NCBI GenBank assembly: GCA_963779415.1
Contig: CAVZYA010000001.1
Span: 1,760,001-1,824,000, forward strand
From: an uncultured Acidobacteriota bacterium
GTDB taxonomy: Bacteria > Acidobacteriota > Thermoanaerobaculia > UBA5066
Reading direction: 5' to 3'
DNA: 64,000 nucleotides
Shown: piece by piece, positions 21,750 through 32,621 of the stretch
Layout of the letters: each line of letters starts with the position of its first letter
Position numbering within the stretch: the first letter of the stretch is position 1
The notes under the pieces: generated by a model
Database searches by the model: none
What the model was told of the DNA's origin: nothing
Seen by the model: the letters and a program-made list of their open reading frames with translations, nothing else
Made by a program: the position numbers and the translations under genes

Positions 21750-22709
21750 TCAGTTCCCGTCCGGAGGCTTCGGCTGGTCGCCGGTCGGTTTGGGAAGGAA
21801 GGTCCCGCCGGGCTTGTCCGGGGCTCCGATCGGTGCGTTCGCCGGGGGAGACGGCACGTCGGGCGAAGGGATCCGGACGAGCTTGGGCGTCGGAACGGGG
21901 GTCGGCTCCGTGCTCTTCTCGCCGGCAGTCTCCGACTTCGCGGCGTCGGCCCCTTCGGGCGGCTTCGGCGGGGGCGTCACCCCCGCGCCCCAGTCGGAGG
22001 CGCTCGCGCTCTTGACCGCGACCCTCGTCTGCCAGGCGGCGACGTAGCGGAAGGTCTGGATGTCGGCCGTCTCTTTCAGCTCCGCCGTGAACGTGCTCTT
22101 CTCGCCCGGCGCAAGCTGGTCCTTCGCCACCTTCCCGAACGTCGTCGCAACCGTCTTCCCGCCGGCGACGCCTTCGATCGTCACGGAGATCCCGGAGACG
22201 CCGACGTTGCCGCTGTTGAGGACGGACCCCGAGATCCCGTAGCCTGAGGGGTTCTTCGTGGCGGCCGCGTTCACGACGTCGACGCGTTCCTCCGTCTCCT
22301 CGTCCTTCTTCTCGGCTTCTTCCTCGATATTTCCCTTCGCGATCTGGTCGTCCGTCAGGACGATCGCGGCCTTCCGCTCGCTCGTCTTTCCGGCGATCTC
22401 GGCCGGGCGGGCCGGTCGGAGGCTCGACGCGGCAACCGGCGTCGGCGTGGGAGCCACCCTTGCGCGCGCAGCCTCGGTCTTCGGTCCGTCGATCTCGTCC
22501 GCGGAGATCGAGAAGAGCGTACCGTCGCGCGTCTTCAGGAGAACCATCCGGCCCTTCGCCACCGGAGCCCCCACGATCTGGAGGGTCCGGCCGTCCTTCA
22601 GGACCACGACATCCTCCCCCGCCCCGCCCGAGGCGAGGAGGAGAAGGATCGCGAGCGCGGGTACCGTGATGATCCGACGCATCGACTTCTCTCCGATCGG
22701 AGTTCCCAT
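21750..22709 (-). CDS. Exported hypothetical protein with an FxLYD-like Ig domain and Pro-rich tail
   Basis: Signal peptide, EDVVVLKDGRTL N-terminal motif, and ISGSVLNSG...LAPGEKSTF; the start may be at 22682. Confidence 0.6.
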   Translation of the reverse strand: MGTPIGEKSMRRIITVPALAILLLLASGGAGEDVVVLKDGRTLQIVGAPVAKGRMVLLKTRDGTLFSISADEIDGPKTEAARARVAPTPTPVAASSLRPARPAEIAGKTSERKAAIVLTDDQIAKGNIEEEAEKKDEETEERVDVVNAAATKNPSGYGISGSVLNSGNVGVSGISVTIEGVAGGKTVATTFGKVAKDQLAPGEKSTFTAELKETADIQTFRYVAAWQTRVAVKSASASDWGAGVTPPPKPPEGADAAKSETAGEKSTEPTPVPTPKLVRIPSPDVPSPPANAPIGAPDKPGGTFLPKPTGDQPKPPDGN

Positions 22710-22739
22710 GATACTCCGTGCCCCCCTCTCCCGGGAGCG

Positions 22740-23999
22740 TCAATGCGTCTGGACGAACGGGATCGAGAGGGTGCGAGTCTCCCGCTCGAACCCGACGGAG
22801 GAGCGTGGATTCCCCGTCCAGCCGATCGGCGCGAGATCGCCGCGCTGCCGCGGCGCATCGAAGGGGAAGATCTCTTCGGGGAGATCGGAGGGCGTTCCGC
22901 CCGGGCGGCGCTCCCTCCCCTTGGCGACGACCGCAATCCGGACCGCGAGGAGCCGTTCGGAGCGCGTGAGCCCGTCCGGAGGGAAGGGACGCGAACCCGG
23001 CCTCTCCCCGTACCACTCCGCGTCCGCTCCCGCGGCGATCCGCCACGCCACCTGGAGGTTCTCGATGTCGTCGGCCACGCGCGTCACCTCCCAGCGTCCC
23101 CCTCCGATGTTCTCCGCCGCGGCGAGATATGGACGCGGGTGGGCGAGGGAGGCCGGATCGTTCACCACGAAGTAGTCCGGCGGACGCCCGAGGGGCCCCC
23201 GCGCCACGAAGTAGACGACGTCGTCGAAGAGGCCTCCCCATGCGAGCGGCCCGATCTCGCGAAGGTCCCCGGCGGAGCCGCGCGGATCGAGCCGGGTGGC
23301 GTTCTCGTCTGTGAAGTCGAGCGTCAGCTCGAAGTAACAGCCGTCCGGCGGTGGGGCGCACCCCTCCGGGGCCGAGGAGGTCCGGTCGAGGCTGCCGGCG
23401 ATCCGTCCGACGCCGAACCGGTTCACGGCGTCGCCGACGACGAAGAAGCTCGTCCGCCCCCTTTCGGCGAGCCGGGCCCTGAGGAGCGCAATCGACGCCG
23501 TCGGGTCGATCTCGCCCGGGGGCACGGACGCCCCGCCGCCGGCGCGGAGACGGAGCCGCACGCGCGCCGGCTGCGACTGGATCTCATCGCGCTCGCGCGA
23601 GATCCGCCCGAGCGGAAAGGGGGACGACCGGAGGATTCCCCGCAGCTCGAGCGCGTCCGTACCCGGCCGGACTTCGGTCGAAAGCTCGGAGCGCCCCCTG
23701 AAGCGCTGTCCGGTCGGGGCGTTCTCGAGGGCCGGACGAAAGGCCTCGCGAGCCGGGAGCCGTCCGGAAGCGGCGGCGCCGGCGTCCTTCGTCAGGGCCC
23801 GGACCGCGAGATCGAGGGCCGTACGTACCGCGGGACCCGCCGGGGCCCGCGCGGGGATCCTCGTCCAGCGGTTCACGAACTCGAGCGCGACGAAGAGGAG
23901 GAGGAGGAGGACGGCGAGCGTCGCGAGGAAGGCGGGAAACGAGACGCCCCGGCGCTTCCCTTCCCCCGGAAGACCGGCCGCGCCATCGCCCGCCCTCAT
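22740..23999 (-). CDS. Divergent PilW-like pilin-associated protein
   Basis: KRRG|VSFPAFL hydrophobic N-terminus; C-terminal VADDIENLQVAW and AVRIAVVAKGR match IIENIEDLQVSW and GLRFSVVARSR of the PilW at 30758-32098. Confidence 0.6.
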   Translation of the reverse strand: MRAGDGAAGLPGEGKRRGVSFPAFLATLAVLLLLLFVALEFVNRWTRIPARAPAGPAVRTALDLAVRALTKDAGAAASGRLPAREAFRPALENAPTGQRFRGRSELSTEVRPGTDALELRGILRSSPFPLGRISRERDEIQSQPARVRLRLRAGGGASVPPGEIDPTASIALLRARLAERGRTSFFVVGDAVNRFGVGRIAGSLDRTSSAPEGCAPPPDGCYFELTLDFTDENATRLDPRGSAGDLREIGPLAWGGLFDDVVYFVARGPLGRPPDYFVVNDPASLAHPRPYLAAAENIGGGRWEVTRVADDIENLQVAWRIAAGADAEWYGERPGSRPFPPDGLTRSERLLAVRIAVVAKGRERRPGGTPSDLPEEIFPFDAPRQRGDLAPIGWTGNPRSSVGFERETRTLSIPFVQTH

Positions 24000-24049
24000 C
24001 GACCCGGAATCTTAGGCCTGCCCGGGAGAATCGCCGCCCCGGCTCTCCC

Positions 24050-27000
24050 CTACTTGAGCTCCTTCCAGTAGACCGGGGTCACGTTCCCGAAGCCGCCGTA
24101 CTGGAGGATGTTGATCTTGGTCGTGAAGAGGCCGGCCGATTGCCCGGCGCCCACGCCGCTCTTTGCGACGACGACCTTTGTCCCCGCGATGGCGAAGCCG
24201 GAGGCGGCGCCCTCTCCCGCGCCGTAGACCTCCGTCTTCGTGACGTCCGTGGTGTCACACGTACCCGACAGGTTGAAGGTGAGAACGATGATGTAGGAGT
24301 AGCCGCGGCAGTAGCCGATCGCGTCCGGGTCGAAGAGGATGAAGAGTGCCTGGAACTCCCCTGTCCCCGAGAGCGGAACGAGGAGGAAGGGGGGGGCCGT
24401 CATCTGGGTCTTCGGGCCGAGCGTCGTCGAACTCGTGACTCCCGGCTTGCAGCCGGGCGCGTTGGGGTCGTATTCCGGATCGCTTGGATCGAGGCAGGGC
24501 GGAATCAGGATCGAGGAGATAATCCTCGAGTAGATGGCCTCGCCCGGGCCGGTCACGGTGATCGAGCCGAACGGCGCAGCTTTCGTCTTGTTGACGGCGA
24601 TGAAGAGGCGCGGAGTCCATGCGTAGTCGCTCTTGTTCTGACCCGACGGGTGGGAGTTGCCGGAAGGATCGCCCACGAGCAGACTCTTCTCGTAGGAGGT
24701 GCCGCTCCCGAAGGTGTAAAGCTGGCAGCCGCTCGTGCCGACGCCGCTCACGGCGGGCGGGTAGTAGAGCGGCGCCTGGTCGGCCGCTCCTTCGATCTGC
24801 AGGATCGCCGCCGGGACGTCGATGCCGAGCTGCACCTGGTCGAAGTCGGTCGTCCCCCCCGTCGCGTAGTTGAACCAGAGCCGCCCGTCGAGGTCGACCT
24901 GCACCCCGAGGTTCGCGATGTTGTTGCCGTAATAGGTCGGCTTCGTGGTGTCGAAGAGCTGGCTCGCCGCGAAGGCCTGCTGCCCGACGAGGGGGCGGTT
25001 CGAGGCGTCGAGCGCGGCGACCGGGAGCGTCACGTTGTTGTGCGTCCCCGTCGTGTAGCCGTCCGTCCCGTCGACCGCGTTCAGCTGGAACTGGTTCGCG
25101 TCGAGCTGGCTCGAGCCGTCCGGGTTCACCGCCGAACTGGCGGGGTTGAAGCCCGATCCGAAGATCGAGAGGAATTTCGACGGGGCGGCCTTCACCGCGG
25201 CGACAGCCGGAACGCTCCAGGCCTGGCCAAGGGCCGGAAGGTCGGCCACGGACCTCCGCCAGAGGACCTCCACGGGCTTCGAGGAATCGTAGTTCGGATC
25301 CGTGGAAGTCGGATGCGTGAGGTCGATCGCGGTGATCGACTTGCCGGCCGGCCCGAGCGCGAGATAGCCGACCGTCTTCCAGTTCGTCCCGTCATAGACG
25401 TCGTCGAAACGGAGGGAGTTCGCGACGCCCCAGATGTGCTTGTGGATGTCGGGCTCCTGTCCCGTCAGTGTCTTGTGCGACCCGTCCTTGAACAGCATCT
25501 TCGTGTAGTTATTGAAAAGCGTCACCTGCTGCGGGAGAAGCTCGGGAGGGAGGAGGGCCAGAAGCTCCTTCCCCGTGTTGAAGTCGAAGCAGTGGAGCAT
25601 GCCGTCGTCCGAGCCGACCCACACGACCGGGTTCCGGCTAGCGTACTGCACCTCGAAGGCGGCGTGGCTCGCGAGGGTGGCGCCGCTGTACTTCTCGGGT
25701 ACGCCGATGAGCGCCGGCGTCGAATTGATCGTGGCGCCGAAGACCCAGTCCCGGATCGTGCCGGTAAGCGCCCCGTCGTTCCCCCGGAGGAAGTCGATGA
25801 CCTTCTTGTCGAAAGACGCCGGGACGCCGCTGATCGCCTGCACCGCCGCGGCCGTCGCGTCGTCGGCCTTGAGCTCGATGAGGCCGCCCCCGAGGTTCGC
25901 GGGGTCCCACGTGTAGATCTTCCGCTCCGCCGGGGCGACGAAGGACGGGTTGCTCGGATTCGAGAGGATGTTTCCCGCGTCCCAGCGGTCGTATCCGACG
26001 TCCCCGGGATGTTTCAGGGTGTCTATGGCATACAAGTGTCCCAGCCATTTCGGGTAGTCGGTCGAGGGGATCACGACGATGTTCGACTGAGAGACGCTGC
26101 CGCCGGCCGAGGGGGGGCTCGTCGCGTAGTTTCCGACCGCCGTCCCCGCGATGATCTCCCCGAAGGCGCTGGCGATCGAGTCCGAGTCCGAGGCGAAGAA
26201 GGCGTAGTCGCCGTTGACGATCGACGCCGAGTAGCGGTTGACGTCCTTTTCATCTTCGCCCGGCTGGAGGAGGCGCGGGTCGCCCTGGTCGCCGGGGCCG
26301 AGCACGTAGCCGTATCCCGCGTCTCCATTCGGGGCGAGGGCGTCGGTCCGGCCGCGGAAGGCCGTGTAGTTCAGCTCGCAGCGGCCGACCGTCGAGCTGA
26401 GGCCGATGACGAACGTCCGGACGTTGACCGGCAGCTTCCCGGCGTCGGCGAATCCGTTGATGAAGAGCGACTCGGCGACGCCGGCGACGAAGCCCGGATC
26501 GACGTTGTTCCAGCCCGCGGGGACCGGGGCGTTCTTGAAATTATCGATCACCGCCGTGTTGCCGGAGATTTCTGCCGCGTATTCGTCCGCGTTGCAGTCG
26601 TACCCCGAGCCGCTGATCCGCGAGTACGGATCGCAGCAGTGGAGAAGGCGCGTCGTGCCGTCGGGGGCGAGAACCGGCACGTTGCACCCCTGATCGAATC
26701 CGTAATACCCCTCGCACGGGCTCGTCCACGGCTCGCCGGCGCTCGGATAGTCGCCGCCGTACCACTGGAACGGCCCCGGGTTGTCCATGCAGCCGGAGCA
26801 TGTCGTGTACGGGGAGGGCGGAGCCGGCGGGGTTTGCGTGCAGTCGCACGGCGGGACGGCCGGAGGGCCGGTCCAGTCCGTGTCGCTCCCGTTCGGGTTG
26901 CAGATGTTCGATGCGCCGTCCGTGGCGAAGATGAGACCGTACGGCCGGTCGCAGAAGACGATCTTCGGGTCGTTCTTGTAGGTGTAGTCGTAGAGGTCCC

Positions 27001-29957
27001 CCCCCGCTCTCTTGAGGCCCTCCTTCGACGGCGTTCCGCCCTGCGAGTACATCCCGCCGTAATAGACGAGCTGCATCGCCGCCTCGACGTCGTCGATCTT
27101 CCCGGAATCGGTCGGAAAGACGTGCTGGAAGAGCTGGTAATTCCCGTCGTACGAACAGGCTGTGTTCACGTTGGAGTCGCCGGAAACGTCGGAGAAGGAA
27201 TAGAGCCCCCAGTTCACGGTGTTCGCCGACTGCGAGACGATCTGCTTGGCCGTCTCGTAGCGAACGTAAGCCGCGGCATTCCCGACGGGTGTCCCGGTCA
27301 CGCCCGGAATCGAGGAGCCAATCTCGATCGAGAGCCCGTTGAGGTACGAAGGCGACAGGGGCGACGGGGGAAAATTGGATCCGTTGTAGAGGGTCTCGTC
27401 ATAGGCCTGGAACGGGCGTCCCGGATCGTCTCCGTAGATGGTGCCGTTCGCCGTCCGTCCCGAACGTGATCGTCCACGACCAGGTCGCCTGGTTTCCCTG
27501 CGGATCGAACGCCGCGAGTTTGTACGTGCCGCCGGCGTTCGGGCCGACCGCGAGGACGCCCGGGTAGAGGGGCGGCGGAAAGCGCGGGTCGATGGGAAAG
27601 TTGACGGCACCGGCTTGCACCGGCACCGTGACCGGGAGCGTGGCGATGTAGCTCTGGAGGTCCGTCCCCTGGTGGTACTCGACGGTGGCAGGGGCTGTCA
27701 CCTGCCAGGGGAGATCGAGCGACCCCGTCCAGCTGCTCCCGTCGCTCGCCCCTCCCACCGCGAGGCCGTTGCTGTCGCGCTGGATCGTCCAGGGGGTCGT
27801 CGTCTGGTCGGTGACGGTCGAGCCCGGCGGGTAGAACTCGGTGATGAGGTTCACCGAGTCTCCGAGCGCGTTCTTGAGCTGCGAAATCCGCGACGGGCGG
27901 TCCCAGTGGAGAAGATAGAGCCAGGCCGCGCAGCCGCCGTAGATCTTTCCGTCGGGGTTCGGCGTCGGGGTCGACGGCGGGGTCGGCGTCGGGAGGCGGA
28001 GGATCGCCCCGATCGGCGCCACGAACGGAGGCGGAACAGGCAGTTCCCCGGCGTCTGAGGCACCGACCCCCTGCCAGAGCGGGCTCCGGTTCGGCCCGGC
28101 CGCCGCCTCGGACGCGGCCGTCCCCGGGAAGGAACCGAGCGGTCGGGGCTGCGGCGACCGAGACGAGTGAGGCGACTGAGCCGATAGCGCCGCCAGAGCC
28201 TCGACCGGCCTCGGGGGCGCCCACGGCGGCGGCGGCTGGAAGAAGGTGTGTCCCGGCAGCGTCCGCGTCGGCGTCGGCGTCGACGTCGGCGTCGACGTCG
28301 GCGTGAGCGTCGGTGTCCCCGTCGGCGTCGGCGTGATCGTCGGCGTCACCGTCGGCGTCGGCGTGATCGTCGGCGTCACCGTCGGCGTCACCGTCGGCGT
28401 CGCCGTCGGCGTCGGCGTCGCCGTCGGCGTCACCGTCGGCGTCGGCGTCGCGGTCGGCGTCACCGTCGGCGTCCGCGTCGGCGTCGGCGTGATCGTCGGC
28501 GTCGCCGTCGGCGTGACCGTCGGCGTCGGCGTGATCGTCGGCGTGATCGTCGGCGTCGGCGTGATCGTCGTCGTCGGCGTGATCGTCGGCGTCCGTGTCG
28601 GCGTCGCCGTCGGCGTCACCGTCGGCGTGATCGTCGGCGTCGGCGTGATCGTCGGCGTCCGCGTCGGCGTCGCCGTCGGCGTGATCGTCGGCGTGATCGT
28701 CGGCGTCGGCGTCGGCGTCGCCGTCGCGGTCGGCGTGATGGTCGCCGTCGGAGTCGCCGTCGGGCTGACGGTCGCCGTCGGCGAGGCTGTCGGCGAGATC
28801 GTCGGTGTCGGCGTGATCGTCGGCGTCAGCGTCGGCGTCAGCGTCGGCGTCGGCGTGATCGTCGGTGTGATCGTCGGCGTCGGTGTCGGCGTGACCGTCG
28901 GTGTCCGCGTCGGCGTCTGGGTACCGGTCGGGGTTCTCGTCGCCGTCGGGGTTCTCGTCGGCGTCGGTGTCCGCGTCGGCGTCGGCGTCACGGTCGGAGT
29001 CCTCGTCGGCGTCGGTGTCCTCGTCGGCGTCGGCGTCCGCGTCGGCGTCCGCGTCGCCGTCGGGCTTGCCGTCGGGCTAACGGTCGGCGTCGGCGTCGCC
29101 GTCGGCGTGATCGTCGGCGTCGCCGTCGGCGTCGGCGTCAACGTCGGCGTCGGGGTCAGCGTCGGCGTCGGGGTGATCGTCGCCGTCGGCGTGGCGGTCG
29201 CCGTGATCGTCGGCGTCGGCGTCAGCGTCGGTGTCGGCGTCAGCGTCGCCGTCGGCGTGATCGTCGGCGTCGGCGTCGGCGTCGGCGTGATCGTCGGCGT
29301 CGCCGTGGCGGTCGGCGTGAGCGTCGGCGTCATCGTCGGCGTCGACGTCGGCGTGGCTGTCGGAGTGGCTGTCGGAGTCACTGTCGCGGTCGGCGTGAGC
29401 GTCGGCGTCTCGGTCGGCGTCGTCGTCGGCGTCACCGTCGGCGTCATCGTGAGCGTCGGTGTCGGCGTGATCGTCGGGGTCTCGGTCGCGGTGGAAGTCG
29501 GAGTGACTGTCGGCGTCGTCGTCGGCGAGATCGTCGGCGTCGTCGTCGGCGTCGCCGTCGCCGTCGGCGTCGCCGTCGGCGTCGGCGTCACCGTCGGCGT
29601 CGGCGTCGGTCCCGGATTCGGGTTCAGACAGATGCCGCCGTACCAGACGAGGCGTCCGATCGAGTCGTCCGCCTCGAACAGCTCGTTGCCGAAGATGTCC
29701 CATCGCATCGAGCCGCTCCGGTCCTGGACGATCATCAGGTTCGGGCGGATCACCTGCTGCGTGATCTGGGCGAGCGGGTCGTACCCTTCGGAGGCGGCGA
29801 GCGCGATCCCTTCACTTCCGAAGACGAGGAGAAGCCCGAGCAGGGCGGCGAGGATCTTCCGGAGCCGATCCGGAAGGAAGACGCGGATGCGCAGCACTTC
29901 CGCGGCGACTCTCCCGCCCCGTCCCGGATCCTTCGCCGATCTCCACGTTCCGAACAT
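24050..29957 (-). CDS. pilY1: PilY1/PilC-type type IV pilus tip adhesin (~1,970 aa), split by a 1-nt frameshift near 27458
   Basis: 5' ORF: signal peptide and vWA MIDAS start [14 protein letters not shown]. 3' ORF: [78 protein letters not shown] and C-terminal YWKEL. Removing one base at TTC GGG ACG G ACG fuses the two frames. Confidence 0.88.
28258..29610 (-). repeat. Low-complexity coding repeat: ~450 codons of (Thr-Pro/X)n, i.e. [13 protein letters not shown]...
   Basis: About 1.35 kb of near-continuous gtcggc/gtgatc/gtcgcc hexamers on the + strand. Confidence 0.95.
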
Positions 29958-29976
29958 AAGAAATCTTCAGTACCTG

Positions 29977-29992
29977 AGCGAGTCCCGTGCCG
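29977..29992 (-). promoter_or_regulatory. Candidate sigma-54 (-24/-12) promoter of pilY1
   Basis: Minus-strand CGGCACGGGACTCGCT has exact GG-N10-GC spacing just upstream of pilY1, in a relatively AT-rich intergenic region. Confidence 0.55.
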
Positions 29993-30128
29993 CTCTCCCG
30001 ATCAGGCACGGAAGATATTCTGGCATAAAGACTTGACCTGAGTGGCTTCCCCGGAAACCGCGCCCGACAGGAACTCGAGACGACTCGTTTTGTAACAACT
30101 GTTCCGGCTCCGAAGCGTGGCGGCCGTT

Positions 30129-30752
30129 CTACTTGCTCTTCGCACCCGAGCTGGTTCCTCCGGCATTCGTCAGGTACTGGCCGCCGACGAGGGAGCCGAG
30201 GGCGCCGGTCAGGAGCTGCTCCTCGAGGATCTTCGTGAAGTTCCGTCCGCCGGCCCCCTGCACCTGCCCGACGGAGATGAGAAGAATGACACTGTCGGTG
30301 TCGATCGCCTCGAGACCCGAGGGATCGTCCGGATTGTTCCGGACGTAGATCGAGTAGGAGCCGCGGTCGACGACGTTCCCGGGAACCGGGACCACCTGGT
30401 TCACGAAATCCTTCGGGTTGCCGTCCTCGGGGTCCGTGGCGTGGAGAATGATCCCCTGCCAGCCGCCGCCGGGAACGTTCAGGGGGGGCGAACAGCCCCC
30501 ACAGGTCAGGATGGACGAGAGGGAGATTCCGACGCCGACGACCGCGTTGCTGATGACCGATTCGCCCTTCCGGAGGCCCACCTCCGCCACGTAGAACGAG
30601 GCGCGCGTCAGCCGGGCGTTCCCCGAGAGGCCCTCCTCGATCTGGGCGAAGTAGGCGACCCCCAGCCCGACGATCGTCAGGACGAGGATCACGAGGATGA
30701 CGGTGACGAGTGCGCTTCCGCGGGACGGGCGGCGGACGACGTCTCTTCTCAC
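30129..30752 (-). CDS. pilX: PilX-like minor pilin / pilus assembly protein
   Basis: GTG start; RG|SALVTVILVILVLTIVGL without Glu5 (typical of PilX); ASFYVAEVGL motif. Confidence 0.8.
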   Translation of the reverse strand: MRRDVVRRPSRGSALVTVILVILVLTIVGLGVAYFAQIEEGLSGNARLTRASFYVAEVGLRKGESVISNAVVGVGISLSSILTCGGCSPPLNVPGGGWQGIILHATDPEDGNPKDFVNQVVPVPGNVVDRGSYSIYVRNNPDDPSGLEAIDTDSVILLISVGQVQGAGGRNFTKILEEQLLTGALGSLVGGQYLTNAGGTSSGAKSK

Positions 30753-30757
30753 GGCGT

Positions 30758-32098
30758 TCAACTCCCCAGCATCCGGTTCTTCAGCATGACCGTCACGGTG
30801 GCCCGGAAGTGCTCGAAGTCGTCCGGTGTGCCCGGCGTCGTCCGGTTCTCGACCGCCGGGCGGAAGCGGAGGAGCGAATTCGACATTTGCCTTGCGCCGA
30901 ACGTGACCGGGCGCGATCGGGCGACGACGGAGAAGCGAAGCCCCATCACCTGGGTGATGTCCCGTGCGGGGGCCGGGGCCGTCGGACCGGCCTGCCAGGG
31001 CACGTCGTCGATGCACTGGTTGTTGCAATCGGCCGGGATCGGCGTCGGCCCGGGGCCCGAGCCGCCAGGCGTCGGCGTCGGTCCCGGGGCGGGGGCCGTG
31101 TAGTTCTTCAGGTCGTACGTGGCGTTCGCCGTCTGCCAGAAAGTCCCGTCCGAGTAGAGCCACGAGACCTGGAGGTCCTCGATGTTCTCGATGATCGGGA
31201 CGAAGGCTGTGCCGGGGTTGTCGGTCGTCGGGTCGAAGAGCCCGGCCTTCTGCTGGAGGGTCGGAACATTGTTCACGGTCATGACGCGGAAGGAGAACGC
31301 CTCGAGCCCCGTGACGAGGTAGACCGGGTCGTTCATCGTCCCCGGGTGACCGCCGGGCGGGTCGAGAGGCCCGTCCCCGCCGGCCGAAGGAGGCGCCGTC
31401 CCGGGCTCCGTCTGTATGTGGACGTTCCAGCCGTTCATCACCGCACAGCCGTCGGTCGCCGGGTTCGCGTCGACGTAGGCCTTGATCCGGAAGTACTGCC
31501 AGAGGCCCTGGTTGTCCTGGAGGAGAAGCATGGCGTTGCTGTGCCCCGTCCCGTTCTCGCCCGTCACGGCCTTGAACGCCGTCATGTTCGCGGCGTCGTC
31601 GTTGCCGACGCCGCATCCTCCCCTGAAGCCGACGTAGTAGTCGCGCGTCGGGGGGGAATAGCCGAGCCAGTTCGGATAGAGGGGGTACTTCCCGGGGGGG
31701 CCCGTCGGGAGAAGAATCGAGATGACGTCGGTGCCGGCGTCGCCGAACGCGGTCAGCCCCGCCGAGAGGATCGAGTTTCCCGTCTCGCTCCCGGTCAGGT
31801 TGTCGTAGGTGGCCTGAACCCGGCTCGCGGGGTTCGACGCGTCGCTGTTGTAGTAGGTGACGATCGCGTTCTGGGCGCCGATGCCGACGTCCGTCGCCCC
31901 CTGCAGGAAGTGGGAGAGGTAGTCCACGGCGCGACGGGCCGTCTGGCGCGGCTCGATGGCGATCTGCACCCGCTCGGCGAAGGAGCGCATCGTGAAGAGG
32001 AGCGTGAGCGCGACGATCATCACGACGACGAGAAGGGTGAGGGAGACCATCGCCTCGACGAGAGTGAAGCCGCGCCGCCGCCTAGAACGCCGCGACAT
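30758..32098 (-). CDS. pilW: PilW-like minor pilin (prepilin N-methylation motif)
   Basis: RRRRG|FTLVEAMVSL; IIENIEDLQVSW motif; position between pilV and pilX. Confidence 0.8.
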   Translation of the reverse strand: MSRRSRRRRGFTLVEAMVSLTLLVVVMIVALTLLFTMRSFAERVQIAIEPRQTARRAVDYLSHFLQGATDVGIGAQNAIVTYYNSDASNPASRVQATYDNLTGSETGNSILSAGLTAFGDAGTDVISILLPTGPPGKYPLYPNWLGYSPPTRDYYVGFRGGCGVGNDDAANMTAFKAVTGENGTGHSNAMLLLQDNQGLWQYFRIKAYVDANPATDGCAVMNGWNVHIQTEPGTAPPSAGGDGPLDPPGGHPGTMNDPVYLVTGLEAFSFRVMTVNNVPTLQQKAGLFDPTTDNPGTAFVPIIENIEDLQVSWLYSDGTFWQTANATYDLKNYTAPAPGPTPTPGGSGPGPTPIPADCNNQCIDDVPWQAGPTAPAPARDITQVMGLRFSVVARSRPVTFGARQMSNSLLRFRPAVENRTTPGTPDDFEHFRATVTVMLKNRMLGS

Positions 32099-32621
32099 AG
32101 TCCACCCGCTTTCCGCTGATGAAGGTCAGGCCGAAGAAGCGCCTCGTGGCGTTCACGTCGTCCGTCGGGACGGCCGTCACCGTGATGATCCAGAGGGCGT
32201 TGGCCCCGCCGCTCGAGAGAGCGACGTTGTAGGAGATCTTGTAGGGGCCTGACGACTGCTCCATCACGTTGGCCCCGTCCGGGCCCCAGTAGTCCCATCC
32301 CGTGTCCGACGACAGGTAGGGAAGGCTGTACGTTCCGGCCGTGAGCGTCGGGGGAACGCCGGAGTCGAAGGGAGGCGTTCCGGGAGGGTTCCGCCGCGTC
32401 AGGGCGTAGCAGAAACGGATGTTCTCGACGACCTGCTGGCACTTGAAGAGAAGCTCCGTCCGCGCCGCGGCGGCCGCGCTCGAAAGGAGGGCGAGCGAGA
32501 AGAGCTGCAGGATCCCCGCGACCATGATCGAGAGGATCGCGAGCGCGACGAGGACCTCGATGAGACTCGATCCCCGGCGGCGCGCCGGGTTCCTTCGCGA
32601 GGGTACGGGGAGCGATCGCAT
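32082..32621 (-). CDS. pilV: PilV-like minor pilin
   Basis: RRRG|SSLIEVLVALAILSI class III signal; gene order fimT-pilV-pilW-pilX-pilY1. Confidence 0.78.
   Translation of the reverse strand: MRSLPVPSRRNPARRRGSSLIEVLVALAILSIMVAGILQLFSLALLSSAAAAARTELLFKCQQVVENIRFCYALTRRNPPGTPPFDSGVPPTLTAGTYSLPYLSSDTGWDYWGPDGANVMEQSSGPYKISYNVALSSGGANALWIITVTAVPTDDVNATRRFFGLTFISGKRVDYVAAF

Noticed and set aside
27399-27401. Selenocysteine read-through of the TGA ending the 5' pilY1 ORF, prompted by selA in the window
   Set aside because: The PilY1 continuation lies in a different reading frame, so an indel rather than UGA recoding explains the break.
28258-29610. Repeat region as a CRISPR array or non-coding satellite
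   Set aside because: No constant repeat with unique spacers and no cas genes; the variation preserves the Thr-x codon phase, so it is coding.
30021-30035. TGGCATAAGACTTGA, a sigma-54-like motif on the + strand
   Set aside because: It points antisense into pilX with no credible + strand gene downstream and has a mismatch at -12; it cannot be supported.
28246-30041. 596-aa poly-Val/Gly and 597-aa poly-Arg ORFs on the + strand, and the poly-Asp/Ala ORF 29077-29703
   Set aside because: Antisense or alternative-frame shadows of the Thr/Pro tract in pilY1; ACG-CCG repeats contain no stop codons in the other frames.
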